A program made the translations under genes and the position numbers. Positions 1-10,578 of a stretch of DNA of 64,000 nucleotides are shown piece by piece. The notes below the pieces were generated by a model. The model was given only the letters and a program-made list of their open reading frames with translations. It was not told where the DNA came from and ran no database searches. The first letter of the stretch is position 1. Each line of letters opens with the position of its first letter. The stretch comes from Balanoglossus misakiensis (lineage: Eukaryota > Animalia > Hemichordata). Location: assembly GCA_040954595.2 (NCBI GenBank), contig CM082591.2, positions 10,309,309 to 10,373,308 on the forward strand, read 5' to 3'.

Positions 1-1056
1 AGTCAACGGGATGTGGTTTGGTCCAATGGTTCGGTACCCGCGAATTGATAAGGCGAATCCAAATTAGTCAGTTTTCACCACTGTACTGCATATTTTATAT
101 TCCCGAGCTAGGGTGTTCACGTATCCCATTTAACATAAATATGAAACCTTTAATAAGGCAGGAGCGCAATTAACAAAACGTATTTGCAAAGTTGTCATTT
201 TATGAACGGCTCCATATAGTGCCGTGTTCCAAAAAATACAAGGGACACATATACTGTATATGCTGATGTTGGTCAAATGTCATCCAGAAGTTGGATTACA
301 TTCTTGGCCCCGGCTGATCCATCGTCGACAATACGAACCCCACTGGTCACTTTTTAGCATGGAATTAAATATGTAAAAATATAAGAAATAAAGGGTAACA
401 TATTATGTAGATATGGTTAATCTAAGAGAACCACTATGCAAAAGTCGCCGCACATATGAGTAGTCACCCAACCATTCCGAACTGTCAAATGGTTCTTGAG
501 AAAAAGTTCTTGAAGAAGTTTATTTTCAAAGATTTTTGTCATTTCTGAAAAACTAGCATGGCCACCAAAGGAATTTTAAGAGCTCAGTGCGCGTGCCGGA
601 GGCTCGTTTAATGACTTCACGTTTAAATTTATAATGCAATTTCTATCTAGTATACCTGACACTCTGTGTTTCTTTTCTCCCGAATATGTATTCTTCAAGA
701 GGTGTCAAATGACATTATAAGATCGTTAAATTGCTTTTATTAATATTTAACTAAATTGAAATGCATGTAATAATTGTTCAATTTCTATCTCTGTCACGAA
801 AGTTTTTTGCTTCTTTTGTGTCAGAGTCACTTTCGGGCATCGTTATTGTGTGGCAGGTAAATTGACAAGACCATAACTTTGTTTTAGTTACAGGCTGTTC
901 AGATAATGTGGCAACTACGACTTCTGTGCCTCTAAGCATACATTTTGAAGCAACTCAACGTTTTCTCGGGTAGACAGGTGTATGCTCCTAAATGGCTGGT
1001 CAATACATGGATATTGAAACCCATCCATCTAATCTGTTTCCTATACGTAATATTAA

Positions 1057-1648
1057 AGCCACAGTATTTCTCGTAGGGGCAAAATTTTGTTTGAAACGGC
1101 ATCTAAAAGTAGATGATAATTGATAATTGATACTGAATCGAACAGTCATCATCCCCAGCTCTGCTCATAAACTCATACAATTTACAATATAACGAGTGAA
1201 GAATGACTTTCTGTCCGGACAGAAAGTCACGTGAGTGTTGACACACGTGACTAGTGCGCATGCGCACTCAAATGTGAATCTATGCGGAAGAGGTTTGGTC
1301 GCCCCAAATCAAGTGACTCAGCGAAGAAATGCGCACTAATTCGGCGAAATTTTGGGAAGATAACTTTATGGGAGAAATCAGTCGATGGAACCAGATCAAA
1401 TCCGAAAATGGTCTGACCATCAAAATGTCAAAGTGGCACGTTTGCTGATCGACATGTACAACATTTCCGTTGTAAACAAACCCGCGCATCATTTCAAGTG
1501 TTACGGGCAATATTTACAGCTTGCACGTAGCTACAGTTGCCCAAACCTTTCTTCTATCTTCATTATGTAGTATTCCATGATGAATGTACAGGAAAAACGG
1601 GCATTTTTCGATAATGAAAAATGGATACACACGAGAAATACTGGGGCT
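1057..1648. mobile_element. Non-autonomous TIR element (MITE), Kolobok-like, 592 bp
   Basis: TTAA on both sides (1053-1056, 1649-1652); TIR AGCCACAGTATTTCTCGT / ACGAGAAATACTGGGGCT (17/18); copy B has the empty site with one TTAA near 11383. AG..CT ends with a TTAA target fit Kolobok rather than piggyBac. Confidence 0.9.
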
Positions 1649-2224
1649 TTAATGTCATGCGGTATGCGTCATTTTTGTTCTGATACAAAAGCTTAAACTG
1701 TAACCCTGGCGTGAAAGCGTTGAATACAATACTGTATGTACACATATAAATATTAAGATGTATCGAATAAACGTCAAAGGTTAGGAAAAATCGTCTATAA
1801 ATTGACAATTGATTTCATGCAATTTATGTCCAAAATTCAACGCAGATCAGTGACCAGTAGGAAACACCCCCCCCCCCCAAAAAAAAAGTAGTTGTGTGCA
1901 TATCCATGTAGTAGTCATTGAGCAGAAGCAAGGCATTTTTCAACTGTCTGGAATGACCACAAACTTATACACGTCTTCCATATGATACAGTGCGGAAAGT
2001 TCTATAGAAATTTTACGAGCTACTTGCGAAAGGCGGCACGGCGCTGATACATGTACGGTGTCTAAATTAATACATTGCAATTTGCAGTATAACGACAGAT
2101 TGCAAGAGGCATAGTGTATGATATGTTGTTTAAATGTATATGCAATTTAATAGTAGCTAGAAAACGTCTCCGTACGTGTGAAATCGCAAGTCTCCACATC
2201 TGACAACGATGACTTCGTTCACGT

Positions 2225-2395
2225 TCAGCGACGAAAACGGAATTGAAACCAGCCTGTGATTGGAACTGAGCCGAGTACTACAGCTGGCCTTCAAGGCGCA
2301 AGACCGCGGCGTGTATAGACACTGTTTGTGTCCCGGTTGAATCCAGCAACACCATGTGAAGTTGTTGAGCGCTATACTTCTGACAAATTTGATTT
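2225..2395 (+). pseudogene. Decayed LINE ORF1 fragment (also at ~11960-12128)
   Basis: Translates to QPVIGTEPSTTAGLQGARPRRV*TLFVSRLNPATPCEVVERY; the second half is nearly identical to the ORF1 remnant at 13996-14065. Confidence 0.55.
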
Positions 2396-3207
2396 ACCTA
2401 CGTCGTTGAAATTTACTGGTTGTATGGAAATCATTATGATGGGAAACGTTCCCCCGATTTTTATTAAGTAGCAAAGTTGAACTTTTCTAATTAATGATAT
2501 ATTTCTAAAACATCATCACAAACTCAGTGGAAATTAACTGAACATGTATTTATCTCACGGTCATGTCAATGTCTCATGAAATATTTTATGATATCACGTT
2601 AATAAAATGTAGTTTGCATATTATCGAACTTTTACTATTAATGATGTACGTCAGTATAGTTACTACACATGCAGCTATGCTGAAATTATTTCGTACGTGA
2701 AACTAATATTGTTTTATGCAGAGAACCAACACACTCTAAATAATATAATGACAAGATACAACTATTGAGCTGTTAAACACTTTTTTTTTCTCATCACAAA
2801 TTTTAACCTTAGAATGTTCCCCTGCCAGAGGAATGAGTTAATATTTTATATTGAGCAAAAAAAAAGCAGAAATTCATTATTGTCTTACGATCTAATTATT
2901 TTCTTGACAAGTGCAAATTAGTCAACACTGTCAGAAATTCCCGGAGAGAAAAATGGATCGTGTTTGTGGGAGCTAGCTTGAACTGTATTAATGCAGGCTG
3001 ATGTTGTAGGGGGCTACAATTTTAGGGGTATCGAGGGAGCCATTGGTATGAAAATGAGAAATGGTTAATATATTTACGCGTATGCACGGAGATATTTAAG
3101 CGCGCCTTCACAGCGACAGACATTTCACAGTAGACGTATTCAAATATGTCTAGGCTGAGTAGAGCAATGTGTTCTAATGACGCAAGAAATTAATTTATAA
3201 GGTGACA

Positions 3208-3773
3208 ATGCGGACATTCATAGACAACTTCGTTGTGTGTACGCTAGAGCCAATATGCTCATACGTAGATTTAATCATTGTTCACAACGTGTGAAATGTA
3301 CGCTCTTTAAGAGTTTCCTGTACAGTATGTATTGTATGAATGTGTGGTGTAACTATAACACCAAATGCATGTCAAATCTGAAAATTGCTTATCACAATGC
3401 ACTGCGTTTGATCTTTGAACTGAAACGAGACATTAGCATAAGTTACAATTTTGTCACAAAGGATATTATGAACTTTAGCTCGTTGCATCGCAAGTTGTTA
3501 TACTCTCTTGCCACAAGACTTTTGAACAGTAGTAATGCTGTTGTATATGCCTGCACTCACTCTGACTTGTATTTCCATTCTAGATTTTGGAAGCACTATA
3601 GAAACATTCTGTACTAGGGGATGAAGACCGACCTTCCGCCCCCTCTCGCCACGGCGTTGTAGTATTTTATTATTTTTTTCTACAGATTTTAATGTGTGTG
3701 TTCTTGTTTTTTACTTCTCTTGCTGTTTTTTTTATGGGCTACGAGCCTGAAATAAAGATTATTATTATTATTA
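3208..3773 (+). mobile_element. 5'-truncated non-LTR retrotransposon (C-terminal part of ORF2 plus 3' UTR)
   Basis: Absent from copy B (GGTGACA|TAGATAA near 12943); ORF 3237-3617 (YARANMLIRRFNHCSQRVKCTLFKSF) resembles a LINE post-RT region; AATAAA at 3751 then an (ATT)n tail; no clear TSD. Confidence 0.85.
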
Positions 3774-4610
3774 TAGATAAATAATAAATAAAACTCCAAA
3801 AGAATTGGCCATATTAATGTCATGATGTCAATTTGACACTTGGTACAGGTTAAAAAAATAGCTTTTCTTCTTTATACAGCGACTGTTCGCTTTTATTTTC
3901 TTCGTTTACTTAAAATCTTTGCGAAATGAGGTCATTTCGGTTGTGGGGAACTTCCATCTCTTGATATCATTGTGGTGCTTGGCATGGTCTGAAAAATGTC
4001 TTGTCTTAGTGTTTCATAATTCTCTAGCAAATAGTACGCTATTTTTCTTGCTGCCATTCTCTTAAATTCCATGCTTCGTATTAAACTCTAAGTACCCCGA
4101 ACAGGTGACACCACACCGGCTCATAAACCACACATTCGGAAAACATAACAATTTCAGTGTCCGATGACTTTAATGCAAACGCATGGCTACGGGATATCGG
4201 CCGAGCCCTCTGCCCGGAGACTGAGAATCCTTCGTCCGTTATGCGTCTCCTGTCTATATGCCTGTCAGAAATGTTTATTTGTTATTTCTCACAAACCAAA
4301 CTACTACAGTTGAAGCTATATACATTAGAATTGAATAGTCAGTTCACAGTTGCAGATGCAACATTAAAAGATTACACATCACACCGTACCTGCGCACGTT
4401 AAATATGTACACGAGGGCGAAACATATTTATCGGAGGTTCTCACTGTAACGCGTTCAACCAAGCAGGAACAGAAACAGGAAAAAAATATGTGTGAACATA
4501 TTTATTTGCTGAGTGTAAATTCAGATCATGCAGCACTCTAGGAAACACCCAGTGAGGACAAGGCTTCGAAATGGCCGGATCATTCTGGGAGAAAGTCATA
4601 TAAACAGGTA

Positions 4611-4731
4611 GCTGCAATAATTATAGCCTTAGTGGTGGGCTGGTGTATCGCTGTCGGCTGGCCTGATCGCTGACGGCAGGCCAACCGACAGCGATACACC
4701 AGCCCACCACCAAGGCTACAGTTATTGCAAC
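4611..4731. repeat. GC-rich near-perfect hairpin (about 55-bp arms, 11-nt loop)
   Basis: GCTGCAATAATTATAGCCTTAGTGGTGGGCTGGTGTATCGCTGTCGGCTGGCCTG is followed by its reverse complement with 5 transition mismatches. Confidence 0.85.
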
Positions 4732-6143
4732 AAATAAACAGGGCTGTTCATATAGAATAATATAGAACAGTGCCGGTGAAGTCGGTTTTGGAAACATCTC
4801 CACACTCACGGATGCTTTTTACATTCAAACTGCCGACGAGAGAATTGGATGGGGAAGTCTATTCAATCGAACGCGGAATGAATCTTTTAGCTGAATGACA
4901 TTAATTTCGGAAAATAGATTGATTTCCAGCCTATACAGAGCACCGAAATGATATCATGACAGTAAGTTGATCAACTATTTTGCTAAAATAACGCAATTTC
5001 AACATCGATCTATTGTCACTGTTCTATTTTCTATTTTAAACAAAATGTCCGCTTTAAACGGAAAACACGATCAGTGACAGAGACGCTCTACCCGTCTGTA
5101 GAATGTCTAATCCAATTAAAAACTACGATTTTAACAAAGCGACTTCATGAAAGGTCAATGAAACAGTTGTTGGCAATCATTACAGTTCTGTTATCGGAAT
5201 TTAATGACAAATGCAGTTGAACAGCCGCAAACGAAGAAAACCAAAATGGTAATCTTCAGCAGTAAAATTAATACCAAGGCACAACTTGCAAAACTACACA
5301 GTTTTCTCTTACCTGTTCCTTCGGTTATGCGCGTACAATGTAGCAATGACAGCGAAATTAAGACTAGTTGACACATCTTAGTGTTTCATACTGTTTTACA
5401 CGCAGAGTACAATTTAAACTGAGGGGGTTACAGGGTTGTGACATACAAGTACATCAGTCAGTTGCTATAGGTACACCCACGCGCTTTTATTGGTGGTGTT
5501 AATTCACGTCACTCAATCGTACGCAGGCCAATCGTATACAACGGATAATTTGTATAATCACATTGGTTGTACCATTTGATATTATGCTTTTACGCATTTG
5601 TACAAGTCCCTTTAGTTTCTGAACGATGACCACAATTGGGATTATTTTGGGATTATATGTCATGAAATATCGTATAAATCAACGGACTTCAATAAAACTG
5701 CGTTGACATTTTTTGCAAAGTGTTTGTTATTTTAGTAAGAATAACTGCAGTCAACGGGATGTGGTTTGGCCCAATGGTTCGGTACCCGCGAATTGATAAG
5801 GCGAATCCAAATTAGTCAGTTTTCACCACTGTACTGCATATTTTATATTCCCGAGCTAGGGTGTTCACGTATCCCATTTAACATAAATATGAAACCTTTA
5901 ATAAGGCAGGAGCGCAATTAACAAAACGTATTTGCAAAGTTGTCATTTTATGAACGGCTCCATATAATGCCGTGTTCCAAAAAATACAAGGGACACATAT
6001 ACTGTATATAGATAGATAGATTTTATTTCAGTACTGGTGGCCTCTGGCCAAAATGTACAAATCAGTAAGAATAAATTGTTAGCTTATCGCTAGAAATGTT
6101 GAACACAGCAGAGCAAAAAATACATAAATAATAAACGAATGTA

Positions 6144-9100
6144 TTAAGTGTCGTTCATGGTATCCTCTCTAAGTTTGGTGGCATAAAAGATAAACCTACT
6201 AAGATTTCTCAGTGTAGTTGTATGTTGGGATGTTAAGAGTAGCTTAAACTTATATACCAATGGGGGATTAAAATAAAATTGCGAAAAATATTTCTGGCGA
6301 AGTTCAGTATACAATGGACAAACAAGTAAAAAGTGAAATTCGTCTTCAACAGTGTTACAATCACACATTTCACAAATTCTTAAAGCCCTTGGAGTATTAT
6401 TCTTGCGTCCAGATTCAATTTTCAAGTTATGTGCTGAAGTTCTAAATTTACAGAGTGCAATTCTGAAAATGGCTTTATCAATACAAGTTAAGTATGGTTC
6501 TAAAGTCAGTTCTCTTTTAAAAGTGGCATATGTATCTAATTTACGTGATTCATTCATTTCATTCGACCAAAGCTGGATATCTATGTCAATACAACGCAGT
6601 TTAAAAATTTTCAAAAAATCGGCTTCACTCCCAACTCCTTGTTGTTCCCAGACCTCCCCAAAACCATAACTCTGGAGCAAATATTTAACATTTTTAGCCC
6701 AAAAATTGTATTTTTGTACATTAATATTCTGGAGTTGGAAATCGTAACATTTAAAAAGTAGTCTATTTGTATCCATACTTACAATTCTAAGCCAGTATTT
6801 GATTATCTTACAATATATATGCACACGCAATGATACTCTACCCAATTCCCCCCTAATGGCAGCAATGGAGGTATTTGTATACACATTTAAAATAAAACGC
6901 AACATACTATTATGGACCATTTCAATATTTTTAGCATGGTGAAAGCCCCAGATTTCGGAACCATAGAGTAGAATTGGTAAGATTTTACAGTCGAAAATCT
7001 TTAAAGCTAGTGATGGCGGAAGAGTTCCAAACTTACAAAGACAAGATTTTAAGCTAAAAGGGGCTCTGTTAGCCTGCTCACTTAAACATTTCTGTGCTTG
7101 AAACCATTGCCCAGTCCAGGAGAATACAATGCCCAGATAACTTTGAAAGGATGTAACGGCCACCCGTGACCCATTATAAAACCACTTCTCATAATTCTTA
7201 AGGCTTCCACCCCTCCTAAATACAATGATTTTAGTTTTATTCATGTTGACAGACAGTTTCCACTTACTACTATAATCAAACAATCTGTTTAACAAACGTT
7301 GAAGACCTGTTTTCGAGCTGCTGATTAAGGTAAGGTCATCTGCACAAAGTAAATAAATAAGTTTCAAAATACCAATATCAACGCCAGAAAAATGTGAAGT
7401 ACTTCCTAGAGATTCCCCAATGTCATTAATGAACATTGAAAACAAAAGAGGTGACAACACTGAACCTTGTTGAACACCATAGCTACATGTAAATAGCTCA
7501 GTAATACAGGTTGGTGTTCGTACACAAGATTTGACATTTTGATACATAGAGTGAATAACATTATACATTTTACCATTTACACCAGATTGGAGTAATTTGT
7601 AAAACAAACAGTAATGGTCAATTCTATCAAAAGCTTTTTCAAAGTCAATAAAAGCTACATATAATCTACCCTTTTTTTGCTAAGTATTTTGAAATAATTG
7701 TATGGAGAATAAATAAATTATCTGAAGTACAATAAGATTTTCTGAATCCCGCTTGTTCTTCGACAATGGTGTGGTTTTCGTCTAGCCATTTGTGCAATCT
7801 GATATCAAGAATATTACAAAAAATCTTTCCCATTATTGGTAACAAGGTAATACCTCTATAGTTATTTGTACAGTTTCTGTCCCCCTTTTTGTAGATAGGA
7901 ACAATGACACCATGTGCCCATTGTGGTGGGAAAATTCCCGCTTCAAAGACAACATTGAAAAGTTTACACATCATTTCCTTTATAACAAGTGGACAATTTC
8001 TATAAAAATCTGGGCTAATACCATCAATGCCAGATGCTTTGCCCCTTTTAAGCTTCTTAATACAAATGTCAATTTCATCCAAAGTAATAGCAGAATTGAG
8101 TAAATCAACGTCAGCATGGACTCTTTCGTCCTCCGTCTCAACATTATCAACAAAATTCTTAATTTCATCGTAGAAATCTACAAAACTATCATTTTCTAAG
8201 CCTGGTGTATTGAAAAGGGAATTAAAATAATTCAACCAGTCGTCAGTGTTAATTTCAGAAGAAAGGGAATTTGACTTCCCCTTTACCAATGACCAGAAAT
8301 ACCTGGAGTTCATTTGTTTGGCCGCAACCGTAAGTGAATGAAGATTACAACTCTTGAAGTTTTGCTTCTTCCATGTGACAAACTCACGGTACTCGTGCTT
8401 ACATCTTTTCAATATTTCTAAATTACATATCGATCTGTTATTTCTATATCTATTTACATAAGTGTTTAAAGTTCGCTTAAAATTCTTGCATTCGTTATCA
8501 AACCATGAGGTCCCAGAACTCCTTTTGAGATCAGTTTGTCTTACAGCACAATAACATGTATGTTTCATATCATTCGCTGCTGACTGCAACATCTTCACAA
8601 GGCAAATAGCGGCCTCGTCAACATTTAAGTTTGCGATATGTAACTCAAAATTGAATATACATTCTCTGGCTTGGGTAGAATCCCAATATGCATAAAAAGA
8701 ATCTGATTTCTCATTGTCCCAAATATATTTGACAAAACTAGTCGCAGTATTTGGGTTGTCAGTGACGTCACTGACATGAACATTTTGAATGGTATCTGAA
8801 CTTGAAGGGTTTGTTACAACATAGAACAACAGAGGTTGATGGTCTGACTCAATCCTGAGATCAACTTGAAAATGTACAATATTGGGGAAATTACATGGAA
8901 AAGCAAGTAGATAGTCTATTACACTAGATCCTGAATAATTAACAAATGTAAAATCACCACTGCCGGACTCTTTGTAGAGTCTGCCATTGACTATACGCAG
9001 GTCTGTGGACTTACAAAATTCGAGAAATGTCTTACCATTATTATTACACACTACATCTTTGTTTTCACGGATTGGAACATCCATGATAAAGTCATTCAAA

Positions 9101-9702
9101 ACTACAATATCTGACCAAGCAAATCTAGAAACATCCTCATTTATAAAATCAGGTTCATTTGCTGTACGGGCATTAAAGTCGCCACAGATGAAAAATTGTG
9201 AATTAGGAAATTCTATGACAAACTGGGCCAGTTCATGGTTTAAGATATCAAAAATACATCTTGAATCATCATTTCCAACCTTATCAGGTGGAACATACAC
9301 AACAGATAAAATACATACTGGGACCAGTGAATTATTTGCATTATACAAAAATACCCATACAATATTCTCTGATGTACTGTTAATAAGCTTCATCTTTAAA
9401 TTACTAAGTGCTGTTCTGTAATAAACAACTATACCCCCAGGATGTCTACCATATTTAGCTTTTTTGAACCCTGGTTTTTTAAATACATTGTAGCCAGGAA
9501 TGTTAACATATGAATCCTTTGAAATCCATGTTTCAACCAGGCAGATCAAATCAAAGCTTTGAAGGTAACTAAAAAAATCCAGATCTCTAAGTTTTGATAC
9601 AAGCCCATGTACATTCCAAAAAATACAACGCAAGTGATGCTCAGTGAGATTATCATACTGCGGAGAAATGACACGCTCAGATTCGTGGACTTGGCCTTCA
9701 TC
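6144..9702 (-). pseudogene. LINE ORF2 (APE endonuclease, reverse transcriptase, C-terminal CCHC), one frameshift
   Basis: WNVHG, LVETW, GDFNAR, IDY and SDH endonuclease motifs; NYRGI, QAGFR, QGSVLSP and CADD RT motifs; one extra base in the A7G3 run near 7669-7678 splits ORFs 7666-9633 and 6144-7607 (repair gives AKKGRLYVAFIDFEKAFD). Confidence 0.9.
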
Positions 9703-10578
9703 CTATCTACGGTCGCGGTTCACTCTTCTATCGGGTAGCGGACGGATATCGTCAAGCGCACTGTCATAAATGTACGTGGTACCGTCTATTTTCAGTTTAC
9801 CATATGATAGAAACGCTCTCTTACCCTGAGCTCTTGCAGCTGCTAGGTGGTGACCGAGCTTACGCCTGATATCTCTGACTCTTTTGGTGAAATCTTCTGT
9901 GACCTTGAATTCGGTGTCTTTTAAAACCTTGGCTGCTTGGTAGACTTGATTCCGTTGTTTGACGTGCGTGAACTTCGCGATTATTGGCTGCGGACGTGCG
10001 CGAGCACCTGGAATGCGATGTACCCGGTCGAACTCTGTCGTGCTGCCGTCAACTCCAAGTTTGTCCGTAATGAATGTTCTGACCTTGGTTTCTGATTGTT
10101 CCCATGTCTCGTTTTCATCCTGGGCAATGCCTCTAAAGATCAGGTTTTCTCGTTTCAGTTGACCTTTCAGATCGTCCAGTTCATTTGTTAGCTCTCCGAT
10201 GTTATCGTTAAGGTTCTTGTTTTCCTCAGCCAGCCGTGCGGTTTCTTCTCGAGTGTCTTGTAGTTGTTCTTTTACATCTTGCAAATCTTCAAAAATATTG
10301 TCAATCTTTCTATTCAAATCGTCGGCCATTTTGTCCATTTGTCTACTGAGGTCACGATTTACGTTACGTAACTCTCGCATAACGTCTTCCAATCTGATAT
10401 TGTCTTTATCTGCCGGTGTATTTGCTTCAAAAAGTTTGGTTTGCCTTGTTCTTCTTACTGGTTGTTGTTGGCTGTTTGAGTTGGGTCCCAGGTTACTCTC
10501 AATATCTCCAGACAGCAGTAATGTGGATATGAGAGCAAGTCGAACAGCCAAGCATAAAGCATTCAAATTACCGCCGTG
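9703..10578 (-). CDS. LINE ORF1: 2A-like N-terminal segment, coiled coil and L1-ORF1p-type RRM/CTD
   Basis: Open from the element boundary with no ATG before the 2A-like motif; LLLSGDIESNLGP; heptad-rich middle; RENLIFRGI...FDRVHRI...PIIAKF...VTEDF motifs typical of L1-type ORF1. Confidence 0.85.
   Translation of the reverse strand, partial: HGGNLNALCLAVRLALISTLLLSGDIESNLGPNSNSQQQPVRRTRQTKLFEANTPADKDNIRLEDVMRELRNVNRDLSRQMDKMADDLNRKIDNIFEDLQDVKEQLQDTREETARLAEENKNLNDNIGELTNELDDLKGQLKRENLIFRGIAQDENETWEQSETKVRTFITDKLGVDGSTTEFDRVHRIPGARARPQPIIAKFTHVKQRNQVYQAAKVLKDTEFKVTEDFTKRVRDIRRKLGHHLAAARAQGKRAFLSYGKLKIDGTTYIYDSALDDIRPLPDRRVNRDRR

Larger units (their letters stand above)
1..4146 (+). repeat. 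Local segmental/tandem duplication, copy A (may extend 5' beyond the window)
   Basis: 1-261 matches 5749-6009; 249-4146 matches 10579-13309 nearly base for base apart from two insertions (1057-1648, 3208-3773). Confidence 0.95.
6010..10578 (-). mobile_element. APE-type non-LTR retrotransposon (LINE, RTEX-like by my reading), 4.57 kb, 5'-truncated within ORF1
   Basis: 13-bp TSD ATATACTGTATAT (5997-6009, 10579-10591; single copy at empty site 249-261); minus-strand 3' end AATAAA plus (ATCT)n; ORF1 plus EN-RT ORF2. Clade is an inference from the L1-type ORF1, the TSD and the C-terminal EDEFHFLLVCP motif. Confidence 0.95.

Noticed and set aside
1563-1808. ORF apparently conserved with 11330-11542
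   Set aside because: Similarity reflects the DNA duplication; the ORF crosses the MITE boundary and has a non-ATG start.
9546-9701. Out-of-frame ATG right after the ORF1 stop opening a ~51-aa hydrophobic ORF
   Set aside because: It does not join ORF2; hydrophobicity is expected from a T-rich alternative frame.
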